Shown here: piece by piece, positions 40,882 to 52,932 of the stretch
Position numbering within the stretch: position 1 is the first letter of the stretch
How the letters are laid out: each line of letters opens with the position of its first letter
NCBI GenBank assembly: GCA_008501585.1
Contig: QQUN01000013.1
Location: 13,739-77,738, forward strand
Source of the DNA: Pseudomonadota bacterium
Lineage (GTDB): Bacteria; Pseudomonadota; Gammaproteobacteria; Burkholderiales; Rhodocyclaceae
DNA length: 64,000 bases
Direction of reading: 5' to 3'
Translations under genes and position numbers: made by a program
The notes under the pieces: model-generated
Database searches by the model: none
Told to the model about the DNA's origin: nothing
What the model saw: the letters and a program-made list of their open reading frames with translations, nothing else

Positions 40882-41333
40882 TGCTTGGTGTCGATCAGGA
40901 AGCCGCCGCGCGCATGGGCAAAGCCGCCGATGGCATGCTGGGCGACGACCCGGTGGCAGGGGACGAGGATGGGAAACGGATTGGCGCCGCAGGCCTGGCC
41001 GACGGCACGGGCGGCGCTGCCGAGGCTGCGGGCGACCTCGCCGTAGGCACGCAGTTGCCCGGCGGGAATGGCGCTGATGGCGGCCCAGACGCGCTGCTGG
41101 AAGGCGGTGCCGGCGGTGTGGCAGGGTAGGTCGAAGCGATGGCGGGGATCGGCCAGGTAGGCGGTGAGCTGGCGTTCGGTTTCGATGGCCAGCGGGTCGG
41201 TGCCCTGCCGTCGTGCGATGCCATGGGGCAGGAAGCGGATCTCGGTCAGGGCGCCGGCGTGCAGCGCGATGCCCAGTGCGCCAAAGGGCGTGGGCAGAAT
41301 GCTGGCAAAAGGGGTGTCGGTTGCGCTGTGCAT
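40851..41333 (-). CDS. ogt: Methylated-DNA--protein-cysteine methyltransferase
   Basis: Active-site PCHRVV and TAFQQRVWAAISAIPAG. Start probably at the ATG at 41333. Overlaps the xerD start by 31 nt. Confidence 0.85.
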   Translation of the reverse strand: MHSATDTPFASILPTPFGALGIALHAGALTEIRFLPHGIARRQGTDPLAIETERQLTAYLADPRHRFDLPCHTAGTAFQQRVWAAISAIPAGQLRAYGEVARSLGSAARAVGQACGANPFPILVPCHRVVAQHAIGGFAHARGGFLIDTKQWLIQHEQWR

Positions 41334-41426
41334 CGGCGCATTGTGCGGCGCCGTGGCGCACGCTTCAAGTGGCGGCGGGCGGCGTACCCCGGGGCGCCGC
41401 ACCGTTGCGGCGCCGCCGGCGGGGGC

Positions 41427-41996
41427 TTATTCGCCGATCAGTGCGCTCTTCAGATCGCTTTGGGCGGGCGCGTCGCCAATCCAGACCCGCAGCAGGGCGT
41501 TGGCGAAGCCGATGTCGCCGATGGCTTCGCCGCGCGGCGTGCCGTTGACGATCAGCCGGGTGCCGCCGCCCGGGGTGAAGTCGATCTGGATGCGGGTGCC
41601 CTCCTTGGCTTCCTTGAGGGCCAGCAGGGCGGCACGGAACGCGTCGCTGTCGGCTTTGAGTGCCTGTTGTTCGGCCGCGCTGAGGTTTTTCTGCAAGCCT
41701 TCGGAGAGGGCGTCGGCAAACTGTTCGGCGGTGAGGTCGCGCAGGGTGACGATGTCGATGCGCCGCGGGCCGGCGCTGGCCAGCACGGCCTGGCTGCCCT
41801 TGGCTTTGGCGGGCAGGTAGAGGCCCATGGCATAGACCTTGAACACGAACTTGGTGCGCAGGCCGGCGCCGTTGAGGGTCAGGGTCTGGTCGGCCAGGCG
41901 GGTCTGGTCGTCGAACTTGACGCCGGCAACGTCGACGGCGGCATGGGCTGAGGCGAGGGCGAGGCTTGTGCAGAGGGCGGCCAGCAGATTCTTCAT
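41427..41996 (-). CDS. Chalcone-isomerase-like family periplasmic protein
   Basis: Signal peptide MKNLLAALCTSLALASAHA, then LTLNGAGLRTKFVFKVYAMGLYLP, typical of the Chalcone_3 family. Start at the ATG at 41996. Confidence 0.75.
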   Translation of the reverse strand: MKNLLAALCTSLALASAHAAVDVAGVKFDDQTRLADQTLTLNGAGLRTKFVFKVYAMGLYLPAKAKGSQAVLASAGPRRIDIVTLRDLTAEQFADALSEGLQKNLSAAEQQALKADSDAFRAALLALKEAKEGTRIQIDFTPGGGTRLIVNGTPRGEAIGDIGFANALLRVWIGDAPAQSDLKSALIGE

Positions 41997-42016
41997 GATG
42001 TCTCCGGTGTTGTTGT

Positions 42017-42051
42017 AAAAAAAGCGTCCGGAGCCCCTGCGCACCGGACGC
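42017..42051 (-). terminator. Rho-independent terminator after proA
   Basis: Minus strand GCGTCCGG-12 nt loop-CCGGACGC followed by TTTTTTT. Confidence 0.7.
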
Positions 42052-42103
42052 TTCATCCTACCAAAGGCATCGCACGATCGTGCGAAAAATATGGCGGCCG
42101 CGA

Positions 42104-43381
42104 TCAGCGGCGGACTTCTCCGTTGCCGAAGACGATCCACTTCTGGCTGGTCAGCCCTTCCAGGCCAACCGGGCCGCGGGCGTGGATCTTGTCGGTCGAG
42201 ATGCCGATCTCGGCGCCCAGGCCGTATTCGAAGCCGTCGGCGAAGCGGGTGGAGGCGTTGATCATCACCGAGGCGGAGTCGACCTCGCGCAGGAAGCGCA
42301 TCGCCGCGGTGTAGTTTTCGCTGACGATGCTTTCGGTGTGGCCGGAGCTGTAGCGATTGATGTGGGTGATGGCGGCATCCAGGCCATCGACCACCTTGAT
42401 GGCGATGATCGGGGCGAGATATTCCTCCGCCCAGTCACGCTCGTCGGCCGGGCGCAGATTGGCGCCGTCGATCTTCGCGGCCTCAAGAATGGCCAGGCTG
42501 TCGGGGCAGCCGCGCAGCTCCACGCCCTTGGCGGCGAGCTTGCGGCCGAGACGCGGCAGCAGCTCGGCGGCGACGGCGCGGTCGATGAGCAGCGATTCGG
42601 CGGTGTTGCAGGTGCCGTAGCGCTGGGTCTTCGAGTTCTCGACAATGGCGTCGGCCTTGTCGGCATCGGCGGCGGCGTGCACATACACATGGCAGTTGCC
42701 GTCGAGGTGTTTGATGACCGGCACCCGCGCTTCGCGCGAGATGCGCTCGATCAGCCCCTTGCCGCCACGCGGCACGATGACGTCGACGAACTCCGGCAGG
42801 GTGATCAGGTGCCCCACGGCGGCCCGGTCGGTGGTGTCCACGACCTGCACCGCGGCGGCCGGCAGGCCGGCTTCGAGCAGGCCGTCGCGCACGCAGGCGG
42901 CGATCGCCTGGTTGCAGTGCAGGGCTTCCTTGCCGCCGCGCAGGATGGCTGCGTTGCCGGACTTGAGGCACAGCGCGGCCGCGTCGGCGGTGACGTTGGG
43001 GCGGGCTTCGTAGATGATGCCGATGACGCCCAGCGGCACGCGCATCTTGCCCACCTGGATGCCGCTGGGGCGGCGTTTGACGTCGGTGATTTCGCCCACC
43101 GGGTCGGGCAGGGCGGCGATCTGTTCCAGCCCCTGGGCCATGCTCTCGATGCCGGCTTCCGACAAGGTCAGCCGGTCGATCATGGCCGGCTCGAGGCCGT
43201 CAGCGCGGGCTTGTGCCAGATCGGCCGCGTTGGCCTTGAGCAGGGCTGACTGGTGGCTGCGCAGGCGGCTGGCAATGGCCAGCAGGGCCGCGTTCTTGGT
43301 CTCGGTGGAGGCGGCAGCGAGCTGGCGCGAGGCGTCGCGCGCTTGCTGGCCGAGGGTCCGCATGTAGGCTTCGATGTCCAT
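42104..43381 (-). CDS. proA: Gamma-glutamyl phosphate reductase
   Basis: [22 protein letters not shown]...IYEARPNVT...CNTAESLL...[22 protein letters not shown]. Start at the ATG at 43381. Confidence 0.95.
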   Translation of the reverse strand: MDIEAYMRTLGQQARDASRQLAAASTETKNAALLAIASRLRSHQSALLKANAADLAQARADGLEPAMIDRLTLSEAGIESMAQGLEQIAALPDPVGEITDVKRRPSGIQVGKMRVPLGVIGIIYEARPNVTADAAALCLKSGNAAILRGGKEALHCNQAIAACVRDGLLEAGLPAAAVQVVDTTDRAAVGHLITLPEFVDVIVPRGGKGLIERISREARVPVIKHLDGNCHVYVHAAADADKADAIVENSKTQRYGTCNTAESLLIDRAVAAELLPRLGRKLAAKGVELRGCPDSLAILEAAKIDGANLRPADERDWAEEYLAPIIAIKVVDGLDAAITHINRYSSGHTESIVSENYTAAMRFLREVDSASVMINASTRFADGFEYGLGAEIGISTDKIHARGPVGLEGLTSQKWIVFGNGEVRR

Positions 43382-43469
43382 GGTGCTTGGGCCGTCAGGT
43401 GCAGGGCAGGGGTCTGCCACGAAAGAGACCTAGATTACCCCATCGTTGCGCACTGCGGCAAAGCGCCGT

Positions 43470-44489
43470 TCAGCGTGCCGGGCACAAACGCAGGCACAGC
43501 AGCAGGAATTCGTCCCACACCTCGCCGTTGGCGATGCCCTTGATGACACGATCGATCCGGGCGGCGTGGGCCAGCGCGGCGCGGACCTTGCCCGGTGCGA
43601 GGCGCTGGAGGGCGCGTTGCAGGGCGGCCCGACGGCGGTCGTCAAACACCCGTTCGGCCTTGAAGGCGGCCGACAGCGGTTGCCCCTCGGCCTGCGCGGC
43701 TTGCAGCCGGGCGAGGGTACGGATCTCGTTGGCCAGCATCCACAGCAGCAGCGGCGCCGCGGTGCCTTCGCCGGCGAGGCCTTCGAGCAGCCGCGTGCAG
43801 CGTCCGGCATCGCCTTCGAGCACGGCCATGCGCAGGGTGTCGATGTCGTAGCGCGCCACGTCGAGGACCGCCTCGCGCACGGCGTCCACGCCGATCTCGC
43901 CGGGGGGGTGGAGCAGGGCGAGCTTGGTGATCTCCTGGTGGGCGGCCAGCAGGTTGCCTTCGACATGGTCGGCGATGAAGGCCAGCGCTTCGGCCGGTGC
44001 GCTTTGTTGCTGTGCCGACAGGCGGCCGGCAATCCAGCGCGGGAGTTGCTCGCGTGGCGGGGCGTTGCATTCGATGGCCACGCCCCGCTGGCTGAGGGCG
44101 GCAAACCAGGCCGTTTTGCGGGCGGCCCAGTCGAGTTCGGGCAGGCTGATCAGGGTGATGACGTCGGTGGCGGCCGCCTCGGCGGTGTCGGCCAGCCGTT
44201 TGAGGGCGTCGCCGCCGTCCTTGCCGGGCTTGCCGTTGGGGATGCGCAGGTCGATCAGCTTGCGGCTGCCGAACAGCGAGAGGTTGCCGGTGGCTTCGAA
44301 CAGGGCGTCCCAGCCAAAGCCCGGGCCGCTGATGAGGATCTCGCGTTCGTCGAAGCCCTGGCGCCGGGCCGCGGCGCGCAGGGCGTCACCTACTTCGGAG
44401 ACGGTCAGCGGTTCGTTGCCGTGGAGGATGTAGATTGACGCGAGCGGCTTGTCCAGATGGGCATCGAGCCGGTCCGGGTGGAGGTTCAT
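43470..44489 (-). CDS. holA: DNA polymerase III delta subunit
   Basis: 339 aa from the ATG at 44489 (MNLHPDRLDAHLDKPLASIYILHGNEPL...). Position after lptE and leuS as in E. coli. The rest of track ORF 43470..45452 is out-of-context Arg/Pro junk overlapping lptE. Confidence 0.85.
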   Translation of the reverse strand: MNLHPDRLDAHLDKPLASIYILHGNEPLTVSEVGDALRAAARRQGFDEREILISGPGFGWDALFEATGNLSLFGSRKLIDLRIPNGKPGKDGGDALKRLADTAEAAATDVITLISLPELDWAARKTAWFAALSQRGVAIECNAPPREQLPRWIAGRLSAQQQSAPAEALAFIADHVEGNLLAAHQEITKLALLHPPGEIGVDAVREAVLDVARYDIDTLRMAVLEGDAGRCTRLLEGLAGEGTAAPLLLWMLANEIRTLARLQAAQAEGQPLSAAFKAERVFDDRRRAALQRALQRLAPGKVRAALAHAARIDRVIKGIANGEVWDEFLLLCLRLCPAR

Positions 44490-45007
44490 TGCGCGGCGGG
44501 CGCGTCGATATTGACGGCGGCGAGGCGCCGGATCAGTTGCTGGGCGATGTCGTCTTCCATGTCGCGGTAGAGCATCGCCTCTTCCTGGTCCTTGGCCAGC
44601 AGCTGGGTGTCGTCGTAGGTGATGTCGCGCCGTACGGCGATCCGTTCGGCCGGGCGCAGGGTGGTGCCGTCCGCACGCTCGACGGCGTAGCTGAGCGTGG
44701 TGAACAGCCGGTATTCGCGTGCCTTGCCGGCCCGGTTCAGGCTGAGGATGTCGCGCTCGCGGCGGATGTTGAGGATGCGGATGCTGACCTCGGCCTCCTG
44801 GATGCGCTCGGTGACGACGACGCCGTTGATCTCGAGCTGGCGGGCGATGCGGTTGGTGAAGCGCTCGTTGCGGTTGGCGTTGAGGTGGGCGCGCCGGAAG
44901 GGCATGTCGAGCTGGCCGCGCAGGTGGAAGCCGCAGCCGGCCAGGCCGAGCGTGGCCATGCCGGCGATGAGGAGGCGTCGGCGGGTCGCATCGTTGCCTG
45001 AGTTCAT
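44486..45007 (-). CDS. lptE: LPS-assembly lipoprotein LptE
   Basis: Lipobox LGLAGCGFHLRG. 173 aa. 4-nt overlap with holA. Conserved leuS-lptE-holA order. Confidence 0.85.
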   Translation of the reverse strand: MNSGNDATRRRLLIAGMATLGLAGCGFHLRGQLDMPFRRAHLNANRNERFTNRIARQLEINGVVVTERIQEAEVSIRILNIRRERDILSLNRAGKAREYRLFTTLSYAVERADGTTLRPAERIAVRRDITYDDTQLLAKDQEEAMLYRDMEDDIAQQLIRRLAAVNIDAPAAQ

Positions 45008-45069
45008 GGTTCGGAGCTTCCTTGCAAGAGCGTGAGGGAACCGGCAGGGGCGGCGCGCGCCGCCCGCTG

Positions 45070-47775
<2,706 letters not shown>

Positions 47776-47781
47776 TCAGCG

Positions 47782-47816
47782 AAAAAAAACGGCACCTGAC
47801 CGGTCGATCAGGTGCC
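47782..47816 (-). terminator. Rho-independent terminator after hypothetical gene 47853..48179
   Basis: Minus strand GGCACCTGA-8 nt-TCAGGTGCC followed by GTTTTTTTT. Confidence 0.7.
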
Positions 47817-47852
47817 GAACTCCATCGAAGAGAGGGAGGGAGACGGGGGCGC

Positions 47853-48179
47853 TCAGGCGGCGCGGCGCGGCACGCCGATACAGCGTTGCCAGTGCGCCGA
47901 GGCGGCGGCGGAGAAATCTTCCATCATGGTCAGCGGCATGCGCATGACGCGCGCTTGCGAGCGCAGCAGGCCGCTCATGCTGGGGGTGCACAGACTGGCT
48001 TCCTCGGCTTCGAGCAGGGCGACAAAGGCGTCCATGGCGGCGCCAAAATATTCGGAATTGCCGACCCAGCCGGTGTCGACGGTGGCCTGGCGGACGGCCT
48101 TGCGCCAGAGGGCTTCGGCGCGCTCAATGGAGACGCCGGCGCGGCGGGCATACCAGGGCAGCAGTTTCGGTGCGTTCAT
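47853..48179 (-). CDS. Hypothetical protein (108 aa)
   Basis: ATG at 48179 (MNAPKLLPWYARRAGVSIERAEALWRKAVRQATVDTGW...). Has its own terminator and an AT-rich upstream region. No family recognised. Confidence 0.5.
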   Translation of the reverse strand: MNAPKLLPWYARRAGVSIERAEALWRKAVRQATVDTGWVGNSEYFGAAMDAFVALLEAEEASLCTPSMSGLLRSQARVMRMPLTMMEDFSAAASAHWQRCIGVPRRAA

Positions 48180-48461
48180 ATCAATACTCCTGGCGCGACG
48201 ACGGCGCGCCTTCTGATGGGCCGCCTTTTGGGCAGCCTCGTCTCTGCGGGGTGGTGCAGAGCAAAACAAACATGCGTTTGAATCCTATCAAAACCTAGTG
48301 CTGCTTGGAATTGAAATAGATCAATTTGTGTTGCATCGCACAATTAAACCTTAGTCAACTAGTCGGGTTTTTGCAAGCAGGCGTGCTGTCAGGCCTGTTT
48401 CATCCGACCGGCGGCCGGCGAGGGGGTGGGTTAAAATGCCGGACTCACCCCCGGAGTCCGA

Positions 48462-50669
48462 ATGACCGATCTGCTCGCCACGCTCAATGAAGAACAGGCT
48501 CGCGCCGTTACCCTGCCTGCCCAGCACGCCCTGATTCTGGCTGGCGCCGGCTCGGGCAAGACCCGCGTGCTGACCACCCGCATCGCCTGGTTGATCCAGA
48601 CCGGTCAGGCCACGCCGCAGAGCATTCTGGGCGTCACCTTCACCAACAAGGCGGCCAAGGAAATGCAGGCGCGCCTGGCGGCAATGCTGCCGGTCAATCC
48701 GAAGGCGATGTGGATCGGCACCTTCCACGGGCTGTGCAACCGACTGCTGCGGGCGCATCACCGCGACGCGGGGCTGCCGCAGTTGTTCCAGATCCTCGAT
48801 TCGGCCGATCAGCTGGCCGCCATCAAGCGCCTGCTCAAAACGTTGAACGTCGACGACGAGAAATTTCCGCCGCGCGACCTGCAGCACTTCATCAATGCCC
48901 AGAAGGAGCAGGGCGTGCGCGCTGGCGCGGTTGACGCCTTTGATGATTTCACCCGTCGCCGGGTCGAGCTTTACGCGGAGTATGAGGCACAGTGCCAGCG
49001 TGAAGCTGTTGTGGATTTCCCTGAATTGCTGCTGCGCACCTATGAATTGCTGAGCCGGAACGAGCCCCTGCGCCAGCACTATCAGCGCCGCTTCAGGCAT
49101 ATCCTGACGGATGAGTTTCAGGATACGAACAAGCTGCAATATCAGTGGCTTAAGCTGCTCGCCGGCGGCGCGGATGCAGAATCGCCGGCCTGCCTGTTCT
49201 GCGTCGGCGACGACGATCAGTCGATCTACCGTTTCCGCGGTGCGGAAGTGGGCAACATGCTGGCCTTCGAGCGCGAGTTCAAGGTGCCCAACGTGATCCG
49301 CCTGGAGCAGAACTACCGCTCCTGCGGCAACATCCTCGATGCGGCCAACGCCATCATCGCCAACAACACCCAGCGCCTCGGCAAGGAGCTGTGGACCGAT
49401 CGCGGCGAGGGCGAGCCGATCCGGGTGTACGAGGCCTTTACCGACGGCGACGAGGCGCGCTGGGTGGTCGACGAGATCCAGGCGCTGGTGCGCGACGGCA
49501 TGGCGCGCTCGGACATCGCCATCCTGTACCGCGCCAACGCCTTGTCGCGTGGGTTGGAGCACCAGCTGTTCTCGTCGGGCGTGTCCTACCGGGTGTATGG
49601 CGGGCTGCGCTTCTTCGAGCGCCAGGAGGTCAAGCATGCGCTGGCCTATCTGCGCCTGATCGCCAATCCGGACGACGATACGGCCTTTGCGCGGGTGGTG
49701 AACTTCCCGACGCGCGGCATCGGTGCCCGCTCGCTCGAGGCGCTGCAGGATGCGGCACGCACCTACAACAGCAGCCTGTACGCCACGGTGTCGCACCTGT
49801 CGGGCAAGCCGCGCGCGGCGATCGGGGCCTTCGTGCAACTGATCGAGTCGCTGCGCAATGCCACGGCGACGCTGCCGCTGCCCGAGGCGGTCGACCATGT
49901 GCTCGACCAGTCCGGCCTGCGGGCGCATTACGAAAGCCAGAAGGAAAAGGACGGGCGCGAGCGCCTGGAGAACCTGGACGAGATCATCAGCGCGGCGGCC
50001 AACTTCGTGAGCGAGGCCGAGGCGCCCGAACCCGGTGTTGACCATCCGCTGCTCGCCGACTTCCTCGCCCATGCCTCGCTGGAGGCGGGCGACCACCAGG
50101 CCGATGCCTCCGACGACGCCGTCCAGCTGATGACCGTGCATGCGGCCAAGGGGCTGGAGTTTGATGTGGTGTTCCTGTGCGGGCTGGAGGAGGGGCTGTT
50201 CCCGCATGAGAACAGCCTGATGGAGACCGACGGTCTGGAGGAGGAGCGCCGGCTGATGTATGTGGCGGTGACGCGGGCGCGCCAGCGCCTGTATGTGTCG
50301 CTGGCGCAGAGCCGCATGCTCCATGGCCAGACGCGCTACAACATGCGCTCACGTTTTCTCGAGGAGATTCCCGAGGCGCTGACCAAATGGCTCACCCCGC
50401 GTACCAGCGGCGGCGCCATCGCGGCGCGTCCGGCCTATTTCTCGCCGTCGGCGCCCAGTGCGCCGCGTCGTCCGGCGCTGGCCGGCCGCGCGCCGGACCG
50501 TGACCTGGGTGGGCTGCGCATCGGTCAGAGCGTGACCCACGCACGCTTCGGGCTGGGCACCATCGTGGCGGCCGAGGGCAGCGGCGCCGAGGCGCGGGTA
50601 CAGATCAACTTCGGTCGCCAGGGCGTGAAGTGGTTGCTGCTGTCGGTGGCCAAGCTGGACCCGGCCTGA
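48462..50669 (+). CDS. uvrD: DNA helicase II (UvrD)
   Basis: ILAGAGSGKTRVL, FTNKAAKEM, TDEFQDTN, VGDDDQSIYRFRGA, MTVHAAKGLEFD, YVAVTRAR. UvrD-type C-terminal GQSVTHARFGLGTIV... Confidence 0.9.
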   Translation: MTDLLATLNEEQARAVTLPAQHALILAGAGSGKTRVLTTRIAWLIQTGQATPQSILGVTFTNKAAKEMQARLAAMLPVNPKAMWIGTFHGLCNRLLRAHHRDAGLPQLFQILDSADQLAAIKRLLKTLNVDDEKFPPRDLQHFINAQKEQGVRAGAVDAFDDFTRRRVELYAEYEAQCQREAVVDFPELLLRTYELLSRNEPLRQHYQRRFRHILTDEFQDTNKLQYQWLKLLAGGADAESPACLFCVGDDDQSIYRFRGAEVGNMLAFEREFKVPNVIRLEQNYRSCGNILDAANAIIANNTQRLGKELWTDRGEGEPIRVYEAFTDGDEARWVVDEIQALVRDGMARSDIAILYRANALSRGLEHQLFSSGVSYRVYGGLRFFERQEVKHALAYLRLIANPDDDTAFARVVNFPTRGIGARSLEALQDAARTYNSSLYATVSHLSGKPRAAIGAFVQLIESLRNATATLPLPEAVDHVLDQSGLRAHYESQKEKDGRERLENLDEIISAAANFVSEAEAPEPGVDHPLLADFLAHASLEAGDHQADASDDAVQLMTVHAAKGLEFDVVFLCGLEEGLFPHENSLMETDGLEEERRLMYVAVTRARQRLYVSLAQSRMLHGQTRYNMRSRFLEEIPEALTKWLTPRTSGGAIAARPAYFSPSAPSAPRRPALAGRAPDRDLGGLRIGQSVTHARFGLGTIVAAEGSGAEARVQINFGRQGVKWLLLSVAKLDPA

Positions 50670-50684
50670 GCGCAGGAGGCGCGC

Positions 50685-51479
50685 TCAGCCGCTCGCCAGC
50701 GCCCGCTGCAGCAGCCGGCGTACCGTGCCGGGGTCGAAGGGCTTGTCGCAGATGCCCGAGACCCCGGCCTTTTCAATGGCGGCGAGGCGGCTGGCGTCCT
50801 GTTCGCTGGTCACCATGAGCACCGGCACCGCGGTCTGCCAGCTGTGCTGGCGGATGTGTTCGACCAGCGCCTTGCCGTCCATTTCGGGCATGTTGTAGTC
50901 GGTCACCACCAGATCGACCATCGTATCGCCCAGGATCGCCGCCGCCTCGGCGCCGTCCCCCGCCTCAATGAAGTGGCGCAGGCCGAGCTGTTCGAGAACC
51001 TGGCGGATGCAGCGTCGCGCGTGCGGGCTGTCGTCGACCAGCAAGACCTTCAGGTCATCGAGATCCAGGTCGATGTCGGCAAGTGGCTCGATCGCGCCCA
51101 TGTCGCGCACGGCGGCAATCGCCTGGCCCAGCTGCTCGGGGGTGAAAGGCTTGGGCACGATGGCGCACACGCCGGACTGGCGGACCGGGTCCAGTGCCTG
51201 TGGCCGGGTTTCGCTCGACACCAGAATGAAGGGGACGTCTTCAAGCGCCGGGTCGGCCCGCATGGCTGCGACGAGGGCCGTGCCCGGCCGGTCGGGCAGG
51301 TACAGCGCGCTGATGACGATATCCGGCCGCTGCCGTGCCATGGCAGCCAGCGCCTGGGCGCTGTCGTCCGCTTGCCGGGGCGCCGGCAGCCCGAGTGTCG
51401 CGCAGGCCTGGGCGAGGATCTTGCGCTGCATGGGCGAGGGTTCGACGACCAGCAGGTCGAGCGCGGTGGTGTGGGTCAT
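50685..51479 (-). CDS. Tandem receiver protein (degenerate REC + canonical REC), no output domain
   Basis: REC2 is canonical (LLVDDSPH, VVTDYNMPEMDG, MVTSE, DKPF). In REC1, VVEPSP replaces the acidic pair and VISALYLPD has Ala at the phospho-acceptor position. Confidence 0.8.
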   Translation of the reverse strand: MTHTTALDLLVVEPSPMQRKILAQACATLGLPAPRQADDSAQALAAMARQRPDIVISALYLPDRPGTALVAAMRADPALEDVPFILVSSETRPQALDPVRQSGVCAIVPKPFTPEQLGQAIAAVRDMGAIEPLADIDLDLDDLKVLLVDDSPHARRCIRQVLEQLGLRHFIEAGDGAEAAAILGDTMVDLVVTDYNMPEMDGKALVEHIRQHSWQTAVPVLMVTSEQDASRLAAIEKAGVSGICDKPFDPGTVRRLLQRALASG

Positions 51480-51646
51480 GGGGCATCTCCGGCCACTCGG
51501 GGCAATACCTTCTTAGCGGTCACGCGGGCGATTTCTTCAATCGGTCATCATGACGACCGGGAATAGCGGCAACATTGCCGGTGTTTACATCGCGAGCGCG
51601 GCGCAGACCGTCGCTTTTTTCCTACTTGATGCCAGGAGTGTTACCC

Positions 51647-52120
51647 ATGAAGCAATCCCTGATGCAGGCCGCCGTGGCCGTGGCCGCCCTGATGACCGCT
51701 GCCGGCGCCTCGGCACAGATGACCCCCGAAGACATGATCAAGGCCCGCCAGTCGGGCTACACCTTCATGGCCTGGAACATGGGCAAGATCAAGGCCCAGG
51801 TGGTCGATGGCGCCGTGCCCTTCAACAAGGACCAGGTGGCCGCGGCCGCCAATGCCGTGGCCGCGATCGCCAACTCGGGCATGGGCGCGCTGTACGCGCC
51901 GGGCACCGACAAGGGCACGGGCTGGAAGGAAACCCGCCTGAAGTCCGAGTTCTTCCAGGAGCAGGACGAAGTGCGCAAGATCGCGATGAACTTCATCCAG
52001 CAGGCCAACACCCTGCAGCAGGTGGCCGCTACCGGTGACCAGGCCGCCATCAAGACCCAGTTCGGCGAAATGGGCAAGGCCTGCAAGGCCTGTCACGACA
52101 AGTACCGCAAGGAAGACTGA
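51647..52120 (+). CDS. Cytochrome c' (class II c-type cytochrome)
   Basis: Signal peptide MKQSLMQAAVAVAALMTAAGASA, four-helix-bundle-length protein, C-terminal CKACH haem site. AGGAG RBS 9 nt upstream of the ATG at 51647. Confidence 0.85.
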   Translation: MKQSLMQAAVAVAALMTAAGASAQMTPEDMIKARQSGYTFMAWNMGKIKAQVVDGAVPFNKDQVAAAANAVAAIANSGMGALYAPGTDKGTGWKETRLKSEFFQEQDEVRKIAMNFIQQANTLQQVAATGDQAAIKTQFGEMGKACKACHDKYRKED

Positions 52121-52140
52121 GTCGTCCGTTTGCTGTATGC

Positions 52141-52168
52141 CCGACGGCCGCCGTGTGGCGGCCGTCGG
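52141..52168. terminator. 12-bp GC hairpin between convergent cytochrome genes (candidate terminator, no clear U-tract)
   Basis: CCGACGGCCGCC-gtgt-GGCGGCCGTCGG read directly. Confidence 0.45.
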
Positions 52169-52171
52169 CGT

Positions 52172-52864
52172 TCACCAGGCCGGGGTGTCGAGCGCGGCGG
52201 GCGGCGGCGGGGGCGGCAGCAGGCCGCCGTTGGCCAGCCATACCAGCGCCCCGGCCGCGGCCAGCGCGAGGATCAGGGCGCGCACGCCGCCGCGCTCGGT
52301 GGCCGGCTGCGGGCGTGCGACCGGTTTGCGGCCGGTGAGCATGGGGCGCAGCAGCGGTTCTTTTTTCACCACGGTGTAGAAGAGCACGGCCGCCAGGTGC
52401 AGCCCGATCAGGATGAGCACGGCCCATTCGCCACGCCGGTGCCAGCCGGTGAGTGCATCGGAGAGCTCCTTGCTGACCGCGGCATAGAGCGGGCCGTTGA
52501 ACGCGATGTCGTCATTGGCGACCAGCCCGGAGGCGGCCTGGGCGCACAGTACCAGCAGCATGGCGACCACCGACAGTGCGCCGAGCGGGTTGTGGCCGAT
52601 GCCGTGCCAGTGGCCGCGCAGGTAGGCGCGGATGGCGGCCGGGCCGCGCACGAAGCGGGCAAACCGCGCGGTGTGGCTGCCCAGCACGCCCCAGACCAGG
52701 CGAAAGCCGAGCAGGCCGACGATGAACAGCCCCAGCCGGCCGTGCCAGAGCATGGCATTGCCGCCGATCTTGGCGGTGATCACGGCGCCGGCCACGGCGC
52801 CGGCGAGCAGCCAGTGGAAGAGGCGGGTGGGGAGGTCCCAGACCAGGGTGGTGTGTGTCGGCAT
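52172..52864 (-). CDS. Cytochrome b561-family membrane protein
   Basis: WDLPTRLFHWLLAGAVAG..., four TM helices with conserved His (HW, WH, HNPLGAL, GLHLAAVLFY). C-terminal Pro/Ala tail. Confidence 0.8.
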   Translation of the reverse strand: MPTHTTLVWDLPTRLFHWLLAGAVAGAVITAKIGGNAMLWHGRLGLFIVGLLGFRLVWGVLGSHTARFARFVRGPAAIRAYLRGHWHGIGHNPLGALSVVAMLLVLCAQAASGLVANDDIAFNGPLYAAVSKELSDALTGWHRRGEWAVLILIGLHLAAVLFYTVVKKEPLLRPMLTGRKPVARPQPATERGGVRALILALAAAGALVWLANGGLLPPPPPPAALDTPAW

Positions 52865-52932
52865 GCGGCGTCCTCGGGCGGCGTCGATTGCGTCAACACC
52901 GCCCCAGGTGGGGTTATTCCCGGCAAGGCTGC

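Noticed and set aside
48422-48460. Two overlapping hairpins in the uvrD leader (GGGGGTG/CACCCCC and CGGACTC/GAGTCCG, the latter covering the GGAG Shine-Dalgarno) and a possible LexA box
   Set aside because: If the TAAAAT at 48432 is the -10 element, the transcript would start inside or after the 5' arms, so the structures may never form. No CTGT-N8-ACAG SOS box was found. The evidence is too weak to report as regulation.
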